Positions 20,301 to 29,436 of a stretch of DNA of 64,000 nt are shown here, piece by piece. How positions within the stretch are numbered: position 1 is the first letter of the stretch; the number at the start of each line of letters is the position of its first letter. Source of the stretch: a virus; the IMG/VR virus record IMGVR_UViG_3300034375_010798. One strand, 5' to 3'. A program made the translations under genes and the position numbers. The notes beneath the pieces are model-generated. The model searched no databases, had not been told where the DNA came from, and saw only the letters and a program-made list of their open reading frames with translations.

Positions 20301-22810
20301 TTAACACAACACCAGTTTTGTTAATAGAAAAAGATGAAAATGAACAAAACACAAGTGTATATAAAATAAGGGAGTTTGAAATTTTATATGATTCTATTAT
20401 TGAAGCAATAGAAAATTGCCCATTTAATATTAATAAAGATGGAGGATATAAAAATACTAGTGGGGATATTATAAATAGAAATATATTAAAAAACTATATA
20501 GAGTATATAACAAAACAAAAGGAAGAAACTGATGGTGTTGAAGTAGAAAATATAAATTATTCTTTACAGCATCCACTATATCCTTCTTTTTATGAACCAA
20601 GTATATTAATTAGAAAAACAGATATGACTGATGAAGCGCTATTGGGATTTTATAATAACGCGACCGCGGGTCGAGGTTCTAAATTATTATATGGAGAAGT
20701 GGATAATACTTCAGAAGCAAATTTGTCTGGTCATCAAGTGTTATGTAATCTATCAACAAGAGCTTTTATGAATTTTTGGAAATATGAAGATGAAGACATA
20801 TATAAATGGTATAAAGAATTGTTAGAAAAAAGAGGAATTCAAGAAGAAAAAATAACAGATCCAAATTATAGATCTTCAACAACTGTTGAATATGATAATG
20901 AGTCTTATAGTCAAAATGATATAAAAATAGCTATGGCTGGTTTTGATAATACAGTGGAAGAAGATAAAGAAGAGGGCGGAACAAACGACGACCCACCAGA
21001 TAATACAAATCAATCAGATCAAGGTGTTATAAATGATGTTGACATACAATTTGGTTATGTTAATGATAATAATAGCGATAGTAATTATCCCATAGCTTAT
21101 TTTTTAGGCCCAGTTTTAGAATCAATAGCTAAGAATGTTAATGAAAGAAATGCCAAACTTCAGGATGATGGCGAATTTACAGCAGATGAGTTTGCAAAAA
21201 AGAGAAATATAAAATTTAAATATAATAAAATACCTCTATCAGTAAGAAATGATATCACAAAAGCTTTTAGTGCCAACGCCTTATATATATCTTCTGCAGA
21301 AGGCCAAGCAAAAAATTATGCTACTTTAGTAAAAACAACATTTGATTTATTAGTTGATTATCAATCTGTAGACACAATATTAAATAACCATAATGTTTCA
21401 AACAAATCTGTTATATATCTTCTAAAAAATATTCTTAATTATATTAATGCAGGCGTATTATCTAATATGAAAAACCCTATTCAATTGGCTTTTAGAAAAA
21501 CTCAAAACAATGATGAAGATGTTGTAGAGATCTATGTTGAATCTCAAAATAGAGGTGGTATAAATAAACAACTTAAAGAAACATATGAGTTTGAAAAATA
21601 TATAGAATCAGAAAATAAAAATCAAAAAGTAATTACGTTAAATCACGGAGATAGTCAATCCTTAGTTGAATCATTTAATATATCTAGTAAAATAGATCCT
21701 TTAGCTTATGCAACATTTCAATTACCTTTTAAATCTGGAATAACATCTTTGGATATAAGCCAAGTTATAATGGAATCTTTTACTGATGAGGAAACAGGCG
21801 CGCAACAAGGTCAACTAAAACAACACTTAAGACAACAAATTAATAACGCGTTGGCTGGTCGTGGATTTTTATTTCAATCATTAATATCATCAACCGGAAA
21901 TATAACGAAAAGATTGGAAGATTTAACTAATTTATTAAACAACAATAATCCGGATAGAATAACTCAAACAACTTTTGATGACTTAAACAGATTAATATTT
22001 TCAGATCCAACTGGCAAAACTATGGATTTACTGCTGCAAGATTTTAAAACAATTGATAGTAATGTCGTATCAGATTTATTATTAAATTTTCTTTTTAATG
22101 TTGACGCAACTATACATGGAACAACAGGAATATATTTATTAGATCCCATAATTGTTAATGATTTTGTTAATGCTGCAGAGGGTATATATATTGTTAACTC
22201 TGTTGTGGAAACCTTAACTCCTAATTCATTTAATACTGTTCTAAATTTAAAATTATATTCCCCAATTCAAAACCTTAACACAATTGAATCTCTCGGAGAT
22301 ATGAGGCCAGCTATTGGAACACTTAATGGTAGGCGTATTGATGGATTTTTACCAGCATCAACAAGCCCAGAAAGATTAAGAACTCTTGGATATATCTATC
22401 AAAGAACAGATAAAGGTTATAATAAAGTTAAAGGAGTTATTAACATATCATTTTTTGAAAACCCACTTGAAAGAATGTCTCCGATATTGGCTGACCGCTG
22501 GCTGGGTGAAATATCTTTCTTTCAAGGAGAAAGTGATGGTGGTGAAAATGATGAACCTATCACATCAGAAGATCAATTTGATACCCCTCCACCTGTAATT
22601 GATTCTTCAAACCCTAAAAACGATGGGCTAGAGCTTGATGGTGAATTTGTCGCGGTAACTGAAAGTGGTAAAACAGTTGTTGTTAATCGAACCCCAACTG
22701 CAGCGACATCTAATACTGATACGGCAAGGAGGAGAAGAACAAGTGGTGGTAATACTGATAATGACACTGGAACATCTACAAGAGCTGGTGGGACTGGGGC
22801 GGTGCAATAA
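17393..22810 (+). CDS. Very large baseplate hub protein (gp27/VgrG-like termini with a long internal region)
   Basis: N-terminal GI..L.V and IAYGW motifs; C-terminal SLVESFNISSKID, TIHGTTGI and GIYIVNSV.ETL...F.T.L motifs; follows the LysM gene. Confidence 0.6.
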   Translation: MSDADTIDSSYENHLVKLASGWNDKKLYNNIELSSLNTFVRLYLIVNDEEQNLLNNLSNNNIDVLTLISDDDGLNNKKIVEISSYLPQINSDMGNANLRNAGGIGINNLKVERSNREAFTIRYRLSLTITDPKLIDQRTDLSKLIQLSSDWIIAYGWDGFRASNIAPAVPNVVNNQNQKTITYNLSDKNNGYWDWNYAKLYKFNFNITNEGHLQGSLEFSNADSINISSMKINEISTAVLNDLKKPDSSIDLITDISTIGHIPGYEELLLTYPQENVNWAFTPDGVKPEDYYGIYNGDASYNFVWEKDSKAFDQWYNDYTADIRESVPDTSQNRKSKKYIFGSEIKYLLNEEGVIVEDTQSSPNPLIKNVYDFRETGDLYLLQYRDRTDKVSSTQALNEWINTLYDTWNSLPAFDKNRAIYSFMNLRIQIPTQAEINGIQADYISGWTELFQRTGETSLRRENANEYLRYSQQYLERLLNDANGSNGISFSVLRSLFTSFSNQVLRSVETSQTKWNGVNIKNSGVVLRPPPPFVCNQQGLPIIYRAGQIDGCFLYNLKVDLSNTRLVSNDDLSYFYNKKIREEGTFFFLGDEIEGDFGRVIGDSGKYNYSDKTKPFNYGNKAYKPFYNEKDVTVFNQTTGENVNVQDDFINFKPSFISMRQYNLFLKEFKQKINYGKEFLSQICVADSDFVKNNSKTIFDNNSDNDQLLQETLDIIKERGVVAYLSSPEEYFTVVSQEDLDKISNISYTLPPFNLLKKYARKNKNYIRDLHSLQLDGVAPYGDIVENNGFRVPLAWVLDNINLFKESFEESVKDKFLFKKRMNELIEYGNRFYKIQLPLSSTHTTKWFENDESGSGGYAPSYEEKEEKSFTYYYSNIDNTPANEIHFESPEDLYGELFGVLGTIIRDLVDVFIAEKGLYYKNLSGINTDINFIVKNFDGDIYDSLTNNRYKESYAFSIEQQDSFLARNFFNTTPVLLIEKDENEQNTSVYKIREFEILYDSIIEAIENCPFNINKDGGYKNTSGDIINRNILKNYIEYITKQKEETDGVEVENINYSLQHPLYPSFYEPSILIRKTDMTDEALLGFYNNATAGRGSKLLYGEVDNTSEANLSGHQVLCNLSTRAFMNFWKYEDEDIYKWYKELLEKRGIQEEKITDPNYRSSTTVEYDNESYSQNDIKIAMAGFDNTVEEDKEEGGTNDDPPDNTNQSDQGVINDVDIQFGYVNDNNSDSNYPIAYFLGPVLESIAKNVNERNAKLQDDGEFTADEFAKKRNIKFKYNKIPLSVRNDITKAFSANALYISSAEGQAKNYATLVKTTFDLLVDYQSVDTILNNHNVSNKSVIYLLKNILNYINAGVLSNMKNPIQLAFRKTQNNDEDVVEIYVESQNRGGINKQLKETYEFEKYIESENKNQKVITLNHGDSQSLVESFNISSKIDPLAYATFQLPFKSGITSLDISQVIMESFTDEETGAQQGQLKQHLRQQINNALAGRGFLFQSLISSTGNITKRLEDLTNLLNNNNPDRITQTTFDDLNRLIFSDPTGKTMDLLLQDFKTIDSNVVSDLLLNFLFNVDATIHGTTGIYLLDPIIVNDFVNAAEGIYIVNSVVETLTPNSFNTVLNLKLYSPIQNLNTIESLGDMRPAIGTLNGRRIDGFLPASTSPERLRTLGYIYQRTDKGYNKVKGVINISFFENPLERMSPILADRWLGEISFFQGESDGGENDEPITSEDQFDTPPPVIDSSNPKNDGLELDGEFVAVTESGKTVVVNRTPTAATSNTDTARRRRTSGGNTDNDTGTSTRAGGTGAVQ

Positions 22811-22877
22811 TATAGAAGAATATAATTTTTTTTGATTTTTTATTAAATTAATAAAACATTTAATTGAGAGAATTTAT

Positions 22878-23537
22878 ATGAAGTATTGGGGCGAAAAAGA
22901 AGAAGAAGCTATAGTTTCTTTTAATCAGATAGATGATGTAGAGTTTAAAAATCAGATATATTCTTCTGTAATAGAACCGGCATTTAAAAATTTAATAGAA
23001 AATATATATTACACATTCAATTTTAATAGAACATTATATGATTTTGATACAATAAAACACGAAGCTACAACTCATCTTTATGAAAAATTGTCAAAATATG
23101 ATGCAAGTCGTAATAAAAAATCATATTCTTATTTTGGCACAATAGTTAAAAATTGGTTAATACAGCAATCCAATTCTTATAAGAAAAGGGTATTTATAGA
23201 TGAGAACGAAAATGAAGTTGTTGTTTCTGATTTGAGTGTTGATTTTTATGAAGAAAAAGAATTAGAAAGAGATAATATAAATTTTATAAATGATTTAGAG
23301 AGGAAGTTTAGTAGTATAATAGAAGATAATAATAAATTTACCGATGACGATATACTTGTCTTAGGTGTTATTAAAGATATATTAACAAGTTATGATAAGT
23401 TATATATTACAAATAAAAAGCAATTATATCTTTACATAAAAGAAGCTACTGATTTACCAAGTAGAAAAATAACAAAATCATTAAATAAAATAAAGTTATT
23501 ATATAAAGAAGTAAGATTTAATTTTATAGAGGATTGA
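22878..23537 (+). CDS. Phage RNA-polymerase sigma factor (late, gp55-like)
   Basis: Motifs YW...EEAIV.FN, F..LIENI...F.F and KL.KYD....KSYSYFGTIVKNWLI (region 2-like, cf. gp55 F.YFT.I), plus a C-terminal HTH-like segment. Confidence 0.7.
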   Translation: MKYWGEKEEEAIVSFNQIDDVEFKNQIYSSVIEPAFKNLIENIYYTFNFNRTLYDFDTIKHEATTHLYEKLSKYDASRNKKSYSYFGTIVKNWLIQQSNSYKKRVFIDENENEVVVSDLSVDFYEEKELERDNINFINDLERKFSSIIEDNNKFTDDDILVLGVIKDILTSYDKLYITNKKQLYLYIKEATDLPSRKITKSLNKIKLLYKEVRFNFIED

Positions 23538-23755
23538 TGGAACAGAAACTACCAGATATAAACAACATATCAGATGAAGAGTTAAAACTTATTTATGCTG
23601 ATATGATATTGGCTTATAGGGATTGTTTAAGTGTTATAAAAAGCTTATTAAATGTTAGATCTTATAAGTTGAATGAAATTGCTGTTATGAATGAAGAACT
23701 AAAAAAAAGAGGTTTTGAAAAATTAATAGAAGATTTAGAGAAAAAAGATGAGTAA
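23534..23755 (+). CDS. Hypothetical protein
   Basis: 73-aa ORF translationally coupled to both neighbours. Confidence 0.55.
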   Translation: MMEQKLPDINNISDEELKLIYADMILAYRDCLSVIKSLLNVRSYKLNEIAVMNEELKKRGFEKLIEDLEKKDE

Positions 23756-25280
23756 ATCTATAGTAAATACATTAAACTCAGATGCCGAATTTAATTCTAG
23801 AATATTAGATAAATCCGATTATATAGGCGAAAAAATTATAAAAAGAGGTATTGTTATAGATGTAAACACATTTAATTCTAAAAATAGTATTAATATCAAT
23901 AAAGTTCCTATGTATAGTGTAAAGGCTTCTATTATAGGTGAAGACATAGATGTTAACTCAAGTTTTTTCAATAATGAAATAAAAAATTTAACTCAAATAA
24001 ACATTAATGATTATAAGTGGTATCCTCCGTTAACTTCATTACATAACATAAGTATACCAGAACTTGGAGAAGAAATATTACTAATAAATGAACCATTTAC
24101 AGATAAAACATATTGGATATCAAGAGTTCCAGAAACAAACTATGTTAGTAGATATTTAGCCAGAGAAGATTATAATACTAATAACAAAAGTAAATATGGG
24201 TTTAGTTTTGATGTTGAGGAAGTTTCAAGATTTAGATCAGATCTTCAGCCATCTATAGATGAAAAAAGAATAAAAAACAAAGCAAAGGCAAGATATTTTA
24301 CAATCCCCGCGAAATTTGGGGATGTTATAAATCAAGGAAGAAGTGGTAGTTTTATAAGACACTCCTTTAATAGTGAAACAGAAGAAAAAACAGCTTTTTT
24401 AGAAATAGGAATATTAAACTCTAATAACATAAGCTATCATAATAAAAATTTTATTAACACTATTGGGGAAACAAGAACTAAAACTGTTCATTATAGGGGT
24501 AATATAAACTCTGTTTATCCCAATATTAAGAAAAAAACAAACTTTAACAAAAAAATTATTGGCCCTTTTCAAGACGGATCTTATCAGTTAGTTCCTGTTA
24601 GAAGTGATTTTAAAGCTAAAAATATAATACTAAATAAAGCTGATGAAATTTATAATATATCTTTTTTTGATAATGATGGCGATAATTACATATATAGAAA
24701 TGTTTTAGGGGAAAAGTTAGAAGATTATCAACAAGGAGTTAATAATCAAATAATAGATATGTTAGAAGTTGTGAGAAATATGAATGAAACATTGCAAGAT
24801 ATTATGGAAATGTTTTTAAATCACACACATGACTTACCCGAAATAAACATACAAATACCAGACAAGGAAGTATCATTTAAAGAAAAGGTTAGATTACCCG
24901 GTAAGTTAGTAACTGGTAGACCAAGACAGGTAAAGATTGACGGCGTTCCGGTAAAGAAAACCATTAACACTCCAGTCGGCCCAAAAGAAGTTACAGAGAT
25001 AGTTGGTGGTAAAACTATAACTGTTCCCGGACCTTCAAGGTTGTTAGCTGGTAGAATTAAAACGGTCACTAGAAAGAAAACTATTTCTTATGATAAGATA
25101 GTTATTGGTGGAGAGAAAAACAGAAGAGTTACTACTTCACCAGAAACAAACGAAGAAACAGATAATATATATAAAGATATTTTTAAATATTATGATGATA
25201 TAAAAGAACAAAATGATAAGTTCAATTTATTATCAAGAAAAACTTTTGAATTCTTAAGCAAACATAATTTTATAAATTAA
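23748..25280 (+). CDS. Baseplate central spike / gp5-like protein
   Basis: OB-fold-like N-terminus (GIVIDV..., IPELGEEILL, YWISR), GDVI.QGR.GS.IR, VLGEKL, and an HTH (His-Thr-His) metal-site motif; sits upstream of the gp25-like gene. Confidence 0.6.
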   Translation: MSKSIVNTLNSDAEFNSRILDKSDYIGEKIIKRGIVIDVNTFNSKNSININKVPMYSVKASIIGEDIDVNSSFFNNEIKNLTQININDYKWYPPLTSLHNISIPELGEEILLINEPFTDKTYWISRVPETNYVSRYLAREDYNTNNKSKYGFSFDVEEVSRFRSDLQPSIDEKRIKNKAKARYFTIPAKFGDVINQGRSGSFIRHSFNSETEEKTAFLEIGILNSNNISYHNKNFINTIGETRTKTVHYRGNINSVYPNIKKKTNFNKKIIGPFQDGSYQLVPVRSDFKAKNIILNKADEIYNISFFDNDGDNYIYRNVLGEKLEDYQQGVNNQIIDMLEVVRNMNETLQDIMEMFLNHTHDLPEINIQIPDKEVSFKEKVRLPGKLVTGRPRQVKIDGVPVKKTINTPVGPKEVTEIVGGKTITVPGPSRLLAGRIKTVTRKKTISYDKIVIGGEKNRRVTTSPETNEETDNIYKDIFKYYDDIKEQNDKFNLLSRKTFEFLSKHNFIN

Positions 25281-25289
25281 GGAAAATAA

Positions 25290-25889
25290 ATGAATATTAT
25301 AAAATTTCCTATTAAAGATTTAAAGTGGGATACTCATAAAGAAACAAAGTTTGCTGCAAGAGAACTTATGAGAGCCATATTGTTAACATCTCCTTATGAA
25401 AGACTTATGATGGCAGAAGGTGATATACCAGCAGTTAATTTGCTAAGTATAGGTGAAAATTATTTATTTGAACCTATGACGATAGAGCAATTGCAATTAA
25501 GAATAAAAAGTGATATTGATAAAGCTGTGACTATTAACAACCAAGATAATCAAGCAGCTTTCTTTTATGTTATTGACGATTTTCAAATTTACAATAAAGA
25601 AAGAACAATAAATGAAAGTTTAGGTTTTGTAATTGAAGATGAAAACCAAATATTGTTAAAGATTAACTATTCTTTTTCAACAACTCAGTTTTATGATGAA
25701 GGTATAATTAAGGATTTAAATGATAACAATCAGAGAACAGAGTATATTGGAGACTCACTTGTTGAAAGAAATAAAAAATTAGAAGATAAATTTAAGAATA
25801 GCTTAACAAATAGAAATGGTATAAACAATTCTGGTTCTTTGGTTATACAGGATGAAATTAACTTTACAATAAATGATATTACAATTTAA
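25290..25889 (+). CDS. Baseplate wedge subunit (gp25-like)
   Basis: Motif ILLTSPYERLM...YLFEP (gp25 LLT..GER....LFE); directly upstream of the gp6-like gene. Confidence 0.75.
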   Translation: MNIIKFPIKDLKWDTHKETKFAARELMRAILLTSPYERLMMAEGDIPAVNLLSIGENYLFEPMTIEQLQLRIKSDIDKAVTINNQDNQAAFFYVIDDFQIYNKERTINESLGFVIEDENQILLKINYSFSTTQFYDEGIIKDLNDNNQRTEYIGDSLVERNKKLEDKFKNSLTNRNGINNSGSLVIQDEINFTINDITI

Positions 25890-25903
25890 TATAGAGAAAA
25901 AAG

Positions 25904-27706
25904 ATGACAGAAGCGGTTGATAAAGAGATAAGAGATATTGATTATATCTCCAAAGATTTTAATGGATATAAAACAGATCTTATTGATTTCTTAAAAAAAT
26001 ATTTTCCAGATACATGGCAAGATTTTAGTCAAGTTTCTGGAGGTATGGCTTTATTAGAGATGGTTGCCTATGTTGGTGACAGTTTATCTTTTTTGATGGA
26101 TAGACAAATTAATGAAGGGTTTATAGATAGAGCTATTGAACCAGCTAATGTATACAGTTTAGCACAAAATATGGGATATAAACCAAAGTTTTCTACCCCA
26201 GCTACAACCATAATATCTTTGTCAGCAACATTTTTTGATAGTTCATCTGCAGACTCAATGTTTAAGTTAAACAAACAATCTGTAGTATCATCAGAAAACT
26301 TTATTGACTTTGAGTTAACACAAGATGTGGATTTTTCTGATGACACAAATAGATTAACTATAAGAAACGAGGCTGAAAGTAAAACAACATATGTAAAAAA
26401 TGTTGTAGTAGTTGCTGGTAAAACTAAATCTTTTCAATATACTGTTGGTAGCCCAAGTCCGTTTTTAAAAATAAAATTACCAGATGTTGATATATCAGAA
26501 ATTTTGAGTGTTGTTGATTCTGATGGTGGCGAATGGATTGAGGTTGATAGTTTAGCCAGACAAAGCGTTTTTTATGGAGATGTTAATAGTGATGCATCAA
26601 CATCTGCAGAAACTGAATTTGTTTTAAAACAAAAAAAAGTATATAACAAGTATATAACTGAAAAATCATCTGATGGTAGTATTTATTTGATTTTTGGCAA
26701 TGGTTTTAATTCAAGTGAAGATTCAGAAATTATACCAAACCCAGAGAATTTTGTTTTACCAATTAATTTAAGAGGGTCTGTTTCTGCCTTTACCCCTACC
26801 GCAATTAACTCTGCTAGTTTTTTAAATACTACAACACTAGGTTCTGCCCCCAAAAATACTGTTTTAAATATTTCATATAGGGTGGGTGGAGGATCTAACA
26901 CTAATGTTCCTGTTAATACCATTAATAGAATAAATAATAAAAATATAACTTTTAATGATCAAGTATTTGAGTCAAACAATCCTTCTATAGCTAGTTATGT
27001 TGTTAATAGTTTATTGGTTAAAAACTCAATAGATGCTAGTGGTGGTGCAGATCCTGAAAGTTTGGAAGATATTAAACACAACTCTATAAACAATATTAAT
27101 TCACAATATAGGTGTGTTACATTAAATGACTATATAGCTAGGGTTTTATCTTTACCATCACAGTATGGAAATATATTTAGAACAACTGCAAGAAAAAATC
27201 CAAACAACAATAATGGAGTTCAATTATATGTTGTTGGGTTGGATGAAAATCAAAACTTGAAGAATGTAAATAATATAGTTAAAAACAACATAGAGACATA
27301 TTTAAAAGAGTTTAAAACATTTTCTGACAACATATTGATAACTAATGGTAGTATAGTAAATATAAGAGTTTCATTCAGTATTATAAAAAATGGAACATAT
27401 GGTATTAATGAAACATTATTAGAAGCTTTTGAAATATTGAAAGATAGATTTTTTTATAAGAATATAAGATTTGGTGACACTATTGTAGTAAGTGATATTA
27501 TATCCGTTTTACAAAATTCACCTAAGATATTGTCTGTTTCTAATATTAATATATACTCTGTTAATGGTAATATCTCTGGAAATGATTATGTTTCTAGTGG
27601 TATTAATATAGAACAATATAACAACAATGGCGTAATAACACTACCACAAAATGTGGTTTGGGAGGTAAAATATCCAAATAAAGACATAATAGGAACGGTT
27701 GTTTAA
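25904..27706 (+). CDS. Baseplate wedge protein (gp6 / baseplate J-like)
   Basis: Motifs DYISKDF..YK..L, MVAYVGD.LSF, LAQ.MGYKP, FG.G, YRVGGG...NV, ASGGAD.ES and RCVT..DY. Confidence 0.92.
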   Translation: MTEAVDKEIRDIDYISKDFNGYKTDLIDFLKKYFPDTWQDFSQVSGGMALLEMVAYVGDSLSFLMDRQINEGFIDRAIEPANVYSLAQNMGYKPKFSTPATTIISLSATFFDSSSADSMFKLNKQSVVSSENFIDFELTQDVDFSDDTNRLTIRNEAESKTTYVKNVVVVAGKTKSFQYTVGSPSPFLKIKLPDVDISEILSVVDSDGGEWIEVDSLARQSVFYGDVNSDASTSAETEFVLKQKKVYNKYITEKSSDGSIYLIFGNGFNSSEDSEIIPNPENFVLPINLRGSVSAFTPTAINSASFLNTTTLGSAPKNTVLNISYRVGGGSNTNVPVNTINRINNKNITFNDQVFESNNPSIASYVVNSLLVKNSIDASGGADPESLEDIKHNSINNINSQYRCVTLNDYIARVLSLPSQYGNIFRTTARKNPNNNNGVQLYVVGLDENQNLKNVNNIVKNNIETYLKEFKTFSDNILITNGSIVNIRVSFSIIKNGTYGINETLLEAFEILKDRFFYKNIRFGDTIVVSDIISVLQNSPKILSVSNINIYSVNGNISGNDYVSSGINIEQYNNNGVITLPQNVVWEVKYPNKDIIGTVV

Positions 27707-27972
27707 TGAATAGAAGAAAAAGAATACCAAGAAATCAAAAGTTTTCTAAAGCTAGTAAAAGATGTGAAATATGTGGTGAGTCAAAAGCTGTGGATAATCA
27801 CCATATAACACATAAGTCAGAGGGTGGATCTGATTATGGATTAAATAGAGTGTGGTTATGCCCTAATCATCACAGAATGGCCCATAATGGATATTTATTA
27901 ATAAAAGGTTGGGATGACTACGGATATAAATTAAAACTTAATTATGAAATTAGAGAAAATAAATGTCAATAG
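27706..27972 (+). CDS. Small HNH endonuclease
   Basis: Motif CEICG....DNHHI....GGSD...N..WLCPNHH...H. Confidence 0.85.
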   Translation: MNRRKRIPRNQKFSKASKRCEICGESKAVDNHHITHKSEGGSDYGLNRVWLCPNHHRMAHNGYLLIKGWDDYGYKLKLNYEIRENKCQ

Positions 27973-29426
27973 TAAGAGCATATGCAGACAAAGACACTTG
28001 GATTACCGACTCTGCCGTTAGTGCTAATTTTGGTTTATCTCCAATATTAGAGGTTTGGAACAAGTATAGCAATGAAAAAGAAAAAAAGGAATATGCAAGA
28101 ATATTAATAAAATTTGATTTAGATGAGTTAAAAGAAGAAATATCAGTTAATAAGAATTATCCAGATCCAAGAGACTCTTCTACTGTTTCAGCATTTATAA
28201 GAATGAATAATGTTACTCACGGAGAAGAACAAGCTAGTGATTTTGACATATATGCCTTTCCACTAAGCGCCACATGGATTGAAGGTAAGGGTCTTGATAA
28301 TGATCTTAAAACAAACACTGGTTATGCAAATGCTCTTTATGCTGATAACATCAATCTTTGGACAGATTTAGGTGCTTTAAGTGGGGGTGAAGCTTATAAG
28401 GGGGCTTTTGATGCAATATATGACTCTAACTCAGCTATTCAATCATTTGTTCATGGTGAAGAAGATTTAAAATTAGATGTTACTGAGTGGTTTAAAGATT
28501 ATTTGGATGGATTAAGTTCTAATTATGGGTTTATGATTAGAATGGGTGATAAAGAAGAAGCTCAAACTGATGCTGAGGCAGCAGCTGCTGGAGTTAATAC
28601 TTCTGTAACGGGTGTTAGTTATTTTACTAAAAAGTTTTATGGAAGAGAGACAAACACAAATAGAAGACCATATTTAGAACTTACATGGCCAGAGACAATA
28701 AAAGACGATAGAAAAACATTATACTTTTCTAGATCTGCAGATTTATTTTATTACAATATTGTTGACGGTGTTTTGGAAGATTTAGATGGAACAGGAAAGT
28801 TTCCCGGATTTGTTACATTACAAGCTGATGGTGTTAATATAGCTCCTATATCACTAACAGCAGGTAGATTTTCTAAGGGTATATATAAACTAAATATAGG
28901 AACAGCAACTGATGATTTGGGTAATGCGTTAACTGGTGTTAATATATCTTTAAGCTCCGCTACTAATTTTACTGACACATGGAGTGTAACATCGGCTGGA
29001 TATGAGTCATCTTATACTTTTAATTTTGAGCCTAAACTACCCTCTATAGGTAATGATAATTTTACTACATCAAACTTGATTGTCAACTTGGTTAATCAAA
29101 AAAGCGAATATGATTATGGAAGTGTAGCTAATATAAGAGTTTTTATTAAAGACAAAACACAAGTTTTACAATCCACAACAGCTACAAAAACATTTATTGA
29201 TAGTTTTATTGTTAAAAATGGAATGTATGAGATAAGAGAAAAATCCACTGATTATGTGGAGATTTCAGAAGATAGCTTATCATATGATAAAGATGGAAAC
29301 TTCTTTGAGATAAACACTAACAATCTTTATCCTAATGTAGAATATAAGATTGTTTTAAAACTAAAAGTTAGAAATGAAACTATTATAATAGACAAACCAG
29401 ATTTGTGGAACTTTACTGTTTTATAA
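27963..29426 (+). CDS. Virion structural protein with a DNRLRE/CBM96-like N-terminal domain
   Basis: Motifs ADKDTWI....NFG, RILIKFD, W.EG.G, DVTEW....NYGF and F..RE.....PYLE..W. Confidence 0.65.
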   Translation: MSIVRAYADKDTWITDSAVSANFGLSPILEVWNKYSNEKEKKEYARILIKFDLDELKEEISVNKNYPDPRDSSTVSAFIRMNNVTHGEEQASDFDIYAFPLSATWIEGKGLDNDLKTNTGYANALYADNINLWTDLGALSGGEAYKGAFDAIYDSNSAIQSFVHGEEDLKLDVTEWFKDYLDGLSSNYGFMIRMGDKEEAQTDAEAAAAGVNTSVTGVSYFTKKFYGRETNTNRRPYLELTWPETIKDDRKTLYFSRSADLFYYNIVDGVLEDLDGTGKFPGFVTLQADGVNIAPISLTAGRFSKGIYKLNIGTATDDLGNALTGVNISLSSATNFTDTWSVTSAGYESSYTFNFEPKLPSIGNDNFTTSNLIVNLVNQKSEYDYGSVANIRVFIKDKTQVLQSTTATKTFIDSFIVKNGMYEIREKSTDYVEISEDSLSYDKDGNFFEINTNNLYPNVEYKIVLKLKVRNETIIIDKPDLWNFTVL

Positions 29427-29436
29427 GGGGTAAAAA

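Noticed and set aside
6077-27706. Bacterial eCIS, tailocin or T6SS locus
   Set aside because: The adjacent phage replication genes and sigma factor, and the absence of host housekeeping genes, indicate a phage genome.
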